Below are positions 38,076 to 49,619 of a stretch of DNA of 64,000 nt, one piece after another. A model generated the notes under the pieces. It was not told where the DNA came from, did not search any database, and was given only the letters and a program-made list of their open reading frames with translations. How positions within the stretch are numbered: position 1 is the first letter of the stretch; each line of letters begins with the position of its first letter. The stretch is from the NCBI RefSeq assembly GCF_028641065.1, contig NC_073402.1, positions 27,900,001-27,964,000 on the forward strand, read 5' to 3'. Made by a program: the position numbers and the translations under genes. This DNA comes from Leucoraja erinacea (lineage: Eukaryota).

Positions 38076-38737
38076 CCAACTCTTATCTGCCTGCACATAA
38101 TCCATATCCCTCAATTCCCTATTCTGTAAGGAAACAATGATAACCCTTCCCCATTGTTTTTTAAAGTCCCTTCAGCAAATGTTTATTTACAATCAATATA
38201 TCGAATGCTGGCCTATTCCTAACCTGCTGTAAATTTTCCAGTTGAGCTCAATGTCATAAAACGTATGTAAGAAACATGATAAACACACTTTCTCTACCAT
38301 GCCTACAATCAGCTTCTCCCTTCAGTCGGGTGACGTTAATAACTGCCCTGGGAAAAAATCTCCTTAAAGTAACCTAATTCACAATGTGCAAATTTGCCTC
38401 ATGATAAACTGAACTCAAACATTTCAGTGCATAAATGACTTAACATAATTCTGCAGCTAATAGGTTGAGAGAGTTAACTGTGGGGCTGAGCTTGTTTACT
38501 TACAGACGGTAAATGGCTGCAAAATGTTGTTTCAAACAAATAAAAATACACACAGGAATACACTTTTATGCTGCTGCTATGGCGCTCCTAAATCACTCAA
38601 GATGTAACACATCCGTGGTATTCCACATAATAACACATGCCTGCAGCTTACATTGTTGAGAATGGAATCCTCACAGTTCAGTTCAGTTGTACCGAGGTGC
38701 AGTGAAAAGCTTTTGTTGCGTGCTATTGACAATAAAC

Positions 38738-39105
38738 AATAGACAATAGGTGCAGGAGGAGGCCATTCAGCCCTTCGAGCCAGCACCGCCATTCACTGTG
38801 ATCATGGCTGATCATCCACAATCAGTACCCCGTTCCTGCCTTCTCACCACATCCCCTAACCACTATCTTTAATAGCTCTATCTAACTCTCTCTTGAAAGC
38901 ATCCAGAGAATTGGCCTCCACTGCCTTCTGAGGCAGATAATTCCACAGATTCACAACTCTCTGGGTGAAAAGGTTTTTCCTCACCTCTGTTCTAAATGGT
39001 CTACCCCTTTTATTAAACCGTGGCTCCTGGTTCTGGACTCCCCCAACATCGGGAGCATCTTTCCTGCCTCTAACGTGTCCAATCCCTTAATAATCTTATA
39101 CGTTT
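38738..39105 (-). mobile_element. CR1/HER1-type LINE 3' fragment
   Basis: Reverse complement of the 46476-46953 type of copy. Confidence 0.8.
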
Positions 39106-39735
39106 CAATAAGATCCCCACTCATCCTTTCAAATTCCAAAGAGCATTCAAGCCCAGCCGCTCCACTCTAGTCAGCAGAAAGACAATACATGATTACAATC
39201 AAGCAATTTACAGTGTACAGATACATGCTAAGGGAATAATATTTAGTGCAAGTTAAAGCTAGTAAAGCCAGATCAAGGATAGTCTTGATAGTCATTACAC
39301 CAATGAGTAAATAGTAGTTCAGCACTGCTCCCTGGTTGTGGTAGGATGATTCAGTTGCCTGATAACAGTAGACATAGACCTTTCATTCCCTGCCCAACTT
39401 CAGCAGAGCAATCCCAAAGCTTGTTTTCTATTTCCCACATTAGCTCAACTGTGGCATCTTGATTCTAATTAAGGATTGGACTGCAGCATGTGGTACAGAT
39501 TTCTCAGCACCATTTAGTTATCGGATGACACCAGAGCATTAATTTTTCTCCTCGTTACACGACCGTCTAGAGTTCAGTATTTTAGTTATTGATGATAAGT
39601 GACAGAATGATGTCAAAATCTTACAACAATATGAACAGTATTGTAATGCTGATATTTCCCCCCATAGGCTCTTAGCAACGATCTCTTGGAAGGTTTTCAA
39701 AATGCAATCTGTGATTCATTCTTAACTGTTTTCAG

Positions 39736-39885
39736 GAATTAAGATGTTTGCGATAGGAGTTGGGAATGCACTTGAGGAAGAATTACGGATAATTGCTTCA
39801 GATCCAGTGAAGGATCATTATCATTATACCGCAGACTTCAAAACAATGAACCAAATCGCAGACAAATTACAAGTCAAAATATGTG
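39736..39885 (+). CDS. MATN1: Matrilin-1 exon 6 (vWA2, C-part)
   Basis: GIKMFAIGVGNALEEELRIIASDPVKDHYHYTADFKTMNQIADKLQVKIC; acceptor ttttcag; donor GTG|GTAAGG. Confidence 0.97.
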
Positions 39886-40459
39886 GTAAGGTCTTTTTTT
39901 TCCTCATTTTTCAAAATGTGGTCTCTTGTTTCTGTTGGTGTAAGTCTAGAGGGTTTTTTTTAAACTTTTCAGACTGGGAAGCACTGCAAATGTGAAATGC
40001 TCTCATCATTCTGCAAAGTATTAGATTTCTAAGAGTGTTTTATAGTCATATACGTCCTGAAACAGAACAATAAAATTCTTACGAGCAGCAGCAGCACAAC
40101 AGATAATATTCAGTGAAACTTAACCCTGAGATTGAAGGGAAAACCGAAATATCGCAAACTAATAATTTTTTGATTAATTTCAAAAAGGAATGGAATTTTG
40201 TAATGTTTATCTGAGACATCGAATATTCACATATGTAAAAACGTTTAATTTGGACAGACTGTAGTTGGGTAGTTACGACTTTGCCTGCTATTTAGGATTT
40301 TGTCTTTTAAATGAAATGCGAATCAAACTCCTCCGTCGCTCCTTTTTAATGGACATAAAATAAAACATCACTATTTCAGTGAAGAGTGTGGTAGTTCTTC
40401 CCAGTTTCCTGATCAATATTTATCCCTTATTGAACAGTAGTGAGCATTATGCCGTCATT

Positions 40460-40765
40460 AGGGTGGCACAGCAGTAGGGTTGCTGCCTTGCACCGCTTAC
40501 AGCATAGAAGACCTAGGTTCGATCCCGACTACGGGTGCTGTCTGTACGGAGTTTTACGTTCTCCCCGTGACCCCATGGGTTTTCTCCAAGATCTCCGGTT
40601 TCCTCTCACGCTCCAAAGCTGTACAAAGGTTTGTAGGTTAATTGGTTTGGTATAAATGTAAAATTGTCCCTAATGTGTGGAATAGTGTTAGTCTGTGGGG
40701 ATAGCTGGTGGGTACGGACACAGAGGGTCGCAGGGCCTGTTTCCACGCTGTTTCTCTAAACTGAA
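40460..40765 (+). mobile_element. V-SINE (HE1-like)
   Basis: B-box GGTTCGATCCC, V-domain and tail. Confidence 0.72.
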
Positions 40766-41527
40766 CCAGATCATTCTGCTGTTTGTGGGACACTCCTTAG
40801 AAGAAAGTCCTCTGAGGATGTGAAAGGGACAGGTGTTTCTGTTATATCCATTAACCCAAATCCTAACTTCAAACAAAAGTATGAACTACAGTACTCAAAG
40901 GAATATAATACTGTCATTGCAAAAAAAATCACATTGGTTTGAAGAAGCATATCTACAACAGATGCTTAGCTTATGTTGTGTCTGTATAATGAGAGGCATC
41001 AATCTTCTGATACAGAAAGAATCCATTGTGATCAATGAAATGTGATGCAAAATCAACTATAAACATCTCTGAAGCTATTCTTTTTTACTCATCTTGTTAC
41101 GAATGTAATCTGCATTTTCAAGATTCTTCATCTAATTTTCAGTAATGACCTGGTAATCGCAGTTCCTTCTGGGGGAATAAGTGGGGCTTTAGTTAAAATA
41201 CAAATAACTATACTATTCAGCTAAACTGGTAAAAATGAATCCCATTGCAACCCTAAAGGGTGGTAGACCTGTTGGGGATTTGTGTATATTTTTCCATCAG
41301 AAGTAAATTTAAAATTATAAAATAATTATTTGCATACTATACATAATTACATAAATATTCTGGCAGAATAAACACACGTCCTCACAGAGTATTCACATGT
41401 AATGAATTTCAGCCACGTGAAATTATTTTATCCATTCCTTTCCTACAGGTGCATAATATAAATATTGATATGGACCAGGGATTAAGTATGTTATTTAGCA
41501 AAATGGTGATTCCACCCCCCCTCCTCC

Positions 41528-41568
<41 letters not shown>

Positions 41569-41937
41569 AGCTTTTAAGTTACTTCAAGAAATTGAGCATA
41601 CCTCTTAAGAATGAGACCAGGGATTGATCCTGACTACAGGTGCTGTCTGTACGGAGTTTGGACGTTCTCCCCTATTGTATAGCACAGCGCTTAGAGTACG
41701 GAGGTCACTGGTTGGTATGGACCCGGAGGGCCAAAGGGCCTGTTTTCCCGCTGTATCTCTAAACTGAACTAAACTAAAACCTCAAAATTCCAAAATTTGA
41801 AATTAACAAAAAAATTGTTAAAACATTCTATAGGATTTCGGATTCTCCTTCAAAGTTTCAATCTTATTTCACACACTGTGAAATGTTTATAAATTCATTT
41901 GTAAGACACATTCAATTGAATTTGCAACTTGCCCATA

Positions 41938-42099
41938 TCAATGCCATCTTCTTCTTCTTGCGTATGGCGTGCACAGCCTAAAGTTGTAGGGCAACTTGTT
42001 CTATTTGATCTTATTTGATTGTGCACGCCGGGTTGATTGCATTCGTCGAAACAGGGCGGACCACGTGAAGGTTGCAATCTCCCACCCCGTCAATGCCAT
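41938..42099 (-). mobile_element. Truncated retroelement 3' end with (AAG)n tail and 10-bp TSD
   Basis: TSD TCAATGCCAT at 41938-41947 and 42090-42099; (CTT)n at the left end. Confidence 0.65.
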
Positions 42100-42791
42100 G
42101 AGTGTTACCAGATGCCAGTTACCAGGGAATACCTGGCATTGTTGCCAGCTGATAATCATTGCCAGGGTGCTAGTAATCAATGCCACAGTGATGCTGGATC
42201 TATGATGGATCGTCAACAAAGTCACTGAACCACTGACCCAGCGGGTCACAAATAACATATCTAAAGATGTAAAGTAAATCAGTGGAAGGAATGAATGAGA
42301 AATGCATTATGTAAATTTACGTCTAAGTATCTTGAAAGCACAAAAAAACCCTGCAGATTCTGAAAATCTGCAATAAATACAAAAACACAGGAGATACTCA
42401 TTTGATCAGGCGGCATTTCGTTGTCTCTAATGCATTTCGTTGTCTCTGTACTGTACACTGACAATGACAATTAAATTGAATCTGAATCTGAATCTGAATC
42501 TGTGAAGAATATAAGACAGTTAATGGCAATGATCTTGCAACAGAATAGTTTCTGATAAGCGGTTACTGACCTAAAACATTACCTTTGTGTCTCTCTCCAC
42601 AGGAGCTGCCTGATCCGCTGAGTATTTTTAGATTTAACAAATGCCCACTCTGTAGACAAAGAACGTTGTTTCCAGCATTTGCAACAGTTTACTTACCAAT
42701 AAATATCTACACTGCAACCTGCAACCTTGGTTCACGGAGAAATTGAAGAATATTGGTATTGTCCCCTCACCTGTCTTGTTTTTGCTTTCAG

Positions 42792-42878
42792 CTGCACCTA
42801 AAGACCCATGTGCCTGCGAGTCACTAGTGGAGTTCCAAAGAAAGGTCGAGAAAATTATTAAAACACTGACGTCCAAAC
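42792..42878 (+). CDS. MATN1: Matrilin-1 exon 7 (CxC and start of coiled coil)
   Basis: AAPKDPCACESLVEFQRKVEKIIKTLTSK, compare human DPCACESLVKFQAKVE; ends at U12 donor C|ATATCCTTTT. Confidence 0.95.
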
Positions 42879-43261
42879 ATATCCTTTTATTCTCATGTGC
42901 AGTTTATCATAAATATATACTCATATAAAATTATCTCAAATTTAGTTTAACCTTAATGTTGAAAAATTGTGTGCAATGTAGGCAGGGTTCATTTTGGAAC
43001 TTTTATTGCAATTTGCCTCTTACTGTTTGTGATCACCCTACATTTGATAACAATGAATGATCAACGAAAGCCATGAATGATACAACATTGGGATATGGTA
43101 GGGTGGTGGGTAAGTTACTGGAACAGTAGCCGATCATCTGAACCATTGGTCCAGAGACCTGGGTTCAAAGCCCTTGAGGGGAGGGGAGCAATCTAAAATA
43201 ATCTAATAAAGTAATTAGGTAAAATAAAGTAATTGAATAAATCTCAATTTAAGGAACCACA

Positions 43262-43548
43262 GTTACAAGCTGGTAGAGCTGCTGCCTCACAGCACCAGAG
43301 ACCCAGGTTTGAATCTGACCTCGGGCGCTGTCTGAGAGGAGTTTTCACGTTCACCCTGTGACTGTGTGGGCTTCTTCTGGGTGCTCCGGTTTCCACCCAC
43401 ATCCCAAAGATGTGTGGATTTGTAGGTAAATTGGCCCTAAGTAGATGCACTGAGCAGACGCAAAAGTGGGATGGCATAGAACTAGTGTGAACAGGTAATT
43501 GATAGGCCAAAGAGCCTATTTCCAAGCTGTGCTTGCAAAATAACTAAA
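43262..43548 (+). mobile_element. V-SINE (HE1-like)
   Basis: Head remnant, V-domain and tail. Confidence 0.68.
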
Positions 43549-45123
43549 CTATTATCTGTACAAGGATCGTTGTCGGATTATCCAGTGATATACTCTGGGA
43601 TATGGACCCCAGAGGTGAGTTCCTGGCCAGGATGTGGTGATAAGGTCAGGAAACTGGCAAGAGTAGGCTTTTGGCACAGACCTCAGAGTTTAACAGCAAG
43701 GCCACTTTAGATGGAGCTACTGGCCACAAGGCATCCATGAGTGGTCTTCAGGCCCTTCTGGTGGGAAGCTTCCTTAATAACTGAAGCCATTGAGAGAGTT
43801 TACATTGGATATCAAGGGACCATTGTCTTAACATTAGAGTCCATTAACATTATATCAAATAGCAAATTCATATAATCAAAGATCCAAGCCTGATTGCATC
43901 CGCAGGTATTACAAATGTCTCTTCTGTATAAAACCTGTGGAGGCCTAAAACAAAGGAGCCAAAATGAGGATGTTATGTAGAAGTTGGGACTTTAAAAAAG
44001 TTAAATATATTTTAATGTGACACACTTACATTAACTTTTTTTGCTTTGGTGTTGAGAATAAACGCAACTCACCCCCATCTCAACTACATTCCCCACCTGA
44101 GGATCTCTAATGTTCCAGTATAGGTATTAGAATCATAGAATCACTAAAGTAGAGGAAACCTTTGCTGGGTTCTTGTTGGCCTCAATCTCTTTACTCATAG
44201 CCCGATAACTTTATTCCTTGAGTACTTTTTAAAACTCCTTTAGAAGTTGCGTTTGAACTTCTTTCCGCTGTCCTTTCATTCCCAAATGTCCTTCAGCAAG
44301 GAATTCTGCCTGAGATATATGTTACTCTGTGTGACTTTAACCACCCTATGAAATGGCCCAGAAACCCCCCGCTTAGTACAAAGGCAAACCGGGATGGGGG
44401 AATGAATGTCGGTCCAGTCAGTGATTCCCACAGGTCATGAAAGAATAAAACAAAAATTCCAGATCACATCATCTTGCTGAGTGGAAAAGCTTTTTTTTCT
44501 CATGCTGATTATCTTAAATCTGTTTCCTCGCTTTCTTAACTTTTCCATGAACATTGAATTCTCCAATTTTTAGTAACTTCTACTTACAATCCCCCTCCCC
44601 TCCCTCCTTCCTTGTTATTTTACCAGTTCCACAGTTCTCCATATTGTATCCCTCTTGAGATCACATCTTCCCGAGCCAACAATGGTCCTACCAGGCACCC
44701 CCCTGCCTGAGGTCATTTGTGGCTGGCCCGGATTAGTCATGTCTATTCTAACCCCCAACTCTTCCCTTCATCTTCACCCCCCTCCCCACCCACCTCCTTC
44801 CTTCAGTCTGAAGAGGGGTCCCGACCCAAAACATCACCCATCCTTTTTCTCCAGAGATGCTGCCTGACCCACTGAGTTACTCCAGCACTTTGTATCTTAT
44901 CTTAAACAAAATCACTTCAGATTTCCTTGTCTGATGAGAGCAAGTCCAATTTCTCCAATCCGTCAATAAATAATGTTCCTTATCTCTTTAACCAACAGAA
45001 TAAAACTGTGTGTGAAGCTGATGCCTTTACATGTCCAAGAGACGCCAAGACCACATAGCATGTTCTGATATAGAACGGTTTAAGAAATAGATATTGTTCT
45101 GTAGTTTAAAAAAATGTCAGCAG

Positions 45124-45535
45124 TTCTTGGTTCTTGGTTTCTTGGTCCTCCAAAATATTCCAAATGGAATTTAAACTGGAGGTGGTGAAGGGAGGGCTTA
45201 AGCCAGAAAGGGTTATTGGGAAGAAAGAGCTACTTTAAATTTAGTTGCATCTGGTTGGGTAACTATAGTTGGGTGGAGATTATTCCATGCTTTAATTGTG
45301 CAGGGGAAGAACGAATTGCTGTACACGTCTGTCTTTGTAGCTGGGATCACAAATTGGATCGAATGCCCTCGCCGGCTCCTAATTAGTTTGGGTTTGGTGT
45401 AGGTCTTGTAGTCTATGTCGAGCTGACCATTTAACATCTTGTAAAAACAGGTCAAACGGTGAGCTTCATGTCTGTCTTGGAGAGGGTTCCACCCCAGAGA
45501 ATTCAGAAGTTTGGTGACACTCGCTTCTCTCTTGT
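45124..45535 (-). mobile_element. CR1/L2-group LINE 3' fragment of a distinct family
   Basis: FYKMLNG...SRRGH...YSNSFFPCTIKAWNNL RT C-terminus; (AAGAACC)n-like tail. Confidence 0.7.
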
Positions 45536-46475
45536 AGTTTGGGCAGTACCGATATAAAGAGAAACATAATTAATGTTTCAGGGTGAAGATCCTTAGTCAG
45601 AGCTGGGAACGAGGAATTATAAACATAGTTTAATTAATATAGTATCATTCTCTCATGTATTGTTTTCCCCTGTGTAGGAAGGAACTGCAGATGTTGGTTT
45701 AAACCGAAGATAGACACAAAATGCTGGAGTAACTCAGCGGGACAGGCAGCATCTCTGGAGAGAAGGAATGGGTGAAATTTTGGATCTGAAGAAGGGTCTC
45801 GTCCCGAAATGTCACCCATTCCTTCTCTCCAGAGATGCTGTCTATCCCGCTGAGTTACTCCAGCATTTTGTGTCCATCTATTGTTTTCCACTGACTGGTT
45901 GGAACGCAACAAAAGCTTTTCACTGTACCTCGGTACACATGGCAATAAACTAAACCAGAGAAGGTGAAAGGGAGAGGGGAAGAATGGCTAAGGACAACGG
46001 GAATATCTTTGATTGTGTGCGAACAGGCCAAATGGGTTAAAGGTGCACTGAGTGTGGTTACATGTCTCTGTCTGGGCCTGCTAATAGCAGGGCAGCAACA
46101 TATTTTCATCAGGTCGGGCTGTACCAATGAAGAGAGGAAAGCTGTGACAAAAATTACAGATGACTTTTAAAACGTTTTTATTTCGGATTTCCAGCCTCCT
46201 TAATTTCTTCTTCATTTACAATTGCTCAGATGTATTTCCGTTCCCATTACAGTGCTACTTTTCTGCATAACAATTTGAATCGATATTATTACTTACAATC
46301 AAATCAAACCCTAAAGTATGTTGCAATATTAAGATGCACCACCCATCGAGTTGATGGGACTGAAGATACGGGCTGAAGAGCTGGTAAAGTTGGGAGGGTG
46401 CAGTGCAACTACTGACTTGAAAGTTGACTTTCTTTTACATATACTTAAAGATTTTCAATTTAGTCACTTAATTTG

Positions 46476-46953
46476 AGATTGATCCCTGGGATGGCGGGAC
46501 TGTGAGGAAAGATTGAAAAGACTAGGCTTGTATTCACTGCAGTTTAGAAGAATGAGGGGGAATCTTGGAGAAACATATAAAGTTATAAAAGGACTGGACA
46601 AGCTAGATGCAGGAGAAATGTTCCCAATGTTGGGCGAGGCCAGAACCAGGGGCCACAGTCTTAGAATAAAGGGGAAGCCATTTAACACTGAGGTGAGAAA
46701 AAACGTTTTCACCCAGAGAGTTGTGAATTTGTGGAATTCCCTGTCACGGAGGGCAGTGGAGGCCAAATCACTGGATGGATTTAAGAGAGAGTTAGATAGA
46801 GCTCTAGGGGCTAGTGGAGTCAAGGGATATGGGGAGAAGGCAGGCACGGGTTATTGATTGGGGAGGTTCAGCCATAATCACAATGAATGGCGGCGCTGGC
46901 TTGAAGGGGCAAAAGGCCTCCTCCTGCACCTATTTTCCATGTTTCTATGTTTC
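46476..46953 (+). mobile_element. CR1/HER1-type LINE 3' fragment
   Basis: ORF LGLYSLQFRRMRGNLGETYKVIKGLD...FTQRVVNLWNSL...GYGEKAG; (TTTCTATG)n tail. Confidence 0.85.
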
Positions 46954-47046
46954 TAATTCATTTAAAACTTGAAGCCACTTCTGAATCTAGCACTGTGGTT
47001 GAATGCTTTGACTTTCATGCAATATGGTCCTTAACAATTTTTATAC

Positions 47047-47099
47047 TAGGTACCTTTGCAAAAAAACTGGCAGCTCTTGAGAACAGACTTCTTGTCTAA
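47047..47099 (+). CDS. MATN1: Matrilin-1 exon 8 (end of coiled coil, stop)
   Basis: (L)GTFAKKLAALENRLLV*, compare human LEAVSKRLAILENTVV; total CDS 1488 nt = 495 aa. Confidence 0.93.
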
Positions 47100-47530
47100 A
47101 AGATTCAACTGCACTTTTCCTGACAACTGTTAACATCATCAAATGTACTGAAAACATACTTATGTAATATACAAGAGTATCTGAATTACTAAAAAAAATG
47201 CTTTAATTTTAAAATGTCTAGTCTAGTTACCTTCTCCTTATAAAGGAACCTTATAACAGTAAGTGCAGTCATTTTCATTTGGACAAAGCACTGAAATATG
47301 CCAGAAACATTGATATTCTTGGCAATATTTTTTGTATATTAAAAAAAGGAAGACACCAAATACGAAACTTAATCATAATTTCATTTGTATTTATATTGTA
47401 ATTTACTTGTTTGATACTAACATTGGCGTATAATACAAGCTTTTATATTTTGTCCTCTAGTAAAAAAAAATTATGAATCATAATACATTTTATCATGTGC
47501 TTCTAAGAACTCGGTAACCTCATCCTTTAT

Positions 47531-47536
47531 AATAAA
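47531..47536 (+). terminator. Candidate MATN1 poly(A) signal
   Basis: First AATAAA I found after the stop, about 430 nt downstream, at the end of unique AU-rich sequence. Confidence 0.6.
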
Positions 47537-48809
47537 GAGCATATATTCTGAAAATTGACCAGCTAAGTACTACATCGAGTCACACAGCACGGAAACAAGG
47601 TTCTTGAACCCAACTCGTTCATGCTGACCAAGTTTTATAACTGAGCTGGTTCTATTTGCCTGTGGCAATGAAATACAGAAGTAAACTATAATAATAATAA
47701 TATTAATAATAATAATATCTTTTATTGTCATTGCACATAGGTGCAACGAGATTTGGTATGCAGCTTCCATCCGATGTCATAACTTAAACAACTAATAACA
47801 TTTGGGTAAAATTTAAATACCCTGAGAAACATGATTTATAAAAAGAACAGTAAAACAGTCTAAAGTGCAAATATGTCTGTGCCGGGTCGATGTGCGACGT
47901 GACCATCCAAGGGAGACAGTTCATGGGGGTGGGGGGCACTCGGCAGGGCCGGTTCAGAGCAGCTATAATTGTTCAGTTGTAATAGTAAGGGACAATACAA
48001 ATATGTAATATCTCTGACAACTTTGGGCAAAATCAAGAAACAGAAATGGTTAAAATTTGTGCATGGCCAAGAGCATAGTTTCTCCTGCCTATTGCACGCC
48101 CATCCTGATCACAGGGTCTATTAGTTTTAATAGATCTGAATGTCAGAGCAGATTGCAACAGATGGATAATAAATAATATATACATTCTTCTTGGTGCTCG
48201 TGACCAAAGACATAATTCTAGCTCAAAATATCTTGTGTGTCTTTTTTAAATTCAGATATTTATATATGTATATTTTAAAAGAAAAGATATTATGGATTCT
48301 TAAGAGTTTTGTTTGGATGTTCTGTTTTGTCACTTTGGTAAAACCGTATTGTGTCAGGAAATAACAGGAAAATAAAAGTGGCCAAAAACATTCAAACTTT
48401 TGCGCGATGGTCTCTTCATTTATCTCATTTATTTCAGTGAGATTGTTGGACTCTACGTCTCACTTGATTAAAATGTTCATCCTTCAGACTGAAAGCTTGA
48501 CCTTAAGACCTAAGGAAAGAAGATGAAGGGATAGGCAAGGCCCAATACAGAGACACAGAAAGGGGTGAGGGGCACCCCAGTGCAGAAGTTAAAAACAGTC
48601 GCGCATATCGTAGGAAAAGGGGAAAGCCATGACGGCAGAAGAGAACGTCACTATCAGGTGGGTTGTTTAAAAGGTAAAGACCACCAGGAGTGTAGGGAAG
48701 AACAAGTCATAGGTAATGAACAAGTCGTAGGAGACGTAATGGATGGATATTGAAAATAGAAAGGCAGAACACAATAACGCTGAAGTCTAGATTTATCAAT
48801 AATGCTAAA

Positions 48810-49092
48810 GTCTATTTTTCACACAGAGAGTGGTGAATCTCTGGAATTCTATTTTTCACACAGTGGTGAATCTCTGGAATTCTCTGCCACAGAAGATAGT
48901 TGAGGCCAGTTCATTGGCTATATTTAAGAGGGAGTTAGATGTGGCCCTTGTGGCTAAAGGGATCAGGGGGTATGGAGAGAAGGCAGGTACAGGATTATGA
49001 GTTGGATGATCAGCCACGATCATATTGAGTGGCGGTGCAGGCTCGAAGGGCCGAATGGCCTACTCCTGCACCTATTTTCTATGTTTCTATGG
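48810..49092 (+). mobile_element. CR1/HER1-type LINE 3' fragment with small 5' tandem duplication
   Basis: TCTATTTTTCACACAG...GTGGTGAATCTCTGGAATTCT occurs twice, followed by the standard 3' end. Confidence 0.78.
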
Positions 49093-49619
49093 TTCTAGAT
49101 GGAGATTAAGGGAAAGGGCACTGCAGAGTGAAACAAAGGCAAGGCCCACTGCATGGTGGAGCAAAGAGAGAGACCAGAACTGAATGGTTCAGCTGAGTAA
49201 TTAATGAATATCCCAAATCCCAACCTCCATTTGGAAGGTTCCCAGAACATCATTGTCAGATTGTCAAAACAAAGCACAACATTGATGAACAACTCTCACC
49301 AACTGCTGCAGAAGTAGAAACCATTTGATTGGGACACATCACAGCACTGTTTGGGAAAAGCTCCACCCAAGACTGCAAGAAATTGTGGACGCAGCCCAAA
49401 CCATCACACAAACCAACCTCCCTTTCATTGACTCCATCTACACTTCGTGCTGCTTCAGCAAGGCCGCCAGCATAATCGAGGATGAACTTTGTAAACTTCA
49501 TGCCCATTGTAACTATGTACACTTCATAAACATTGTTAGCGAGGAGAAGGTGACAACGAAGCATACAGAGATAAAATTTAATTAGGGGGACGGTCAGACT
49601 GTTCGTGGAACGAGGAAGG

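Larger units (their letters stand above)
42879..47046 (+). other. MATN1: U12-type (minor spliceosome) AT-AC intron, 4168 nt
   Basis: 5' splice site ATATCCTTT; branch point TCCTTAAC at 47028-47035; 3' splice site TAC ending 47046; splicing restores the frame. Confidence 0.95.
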
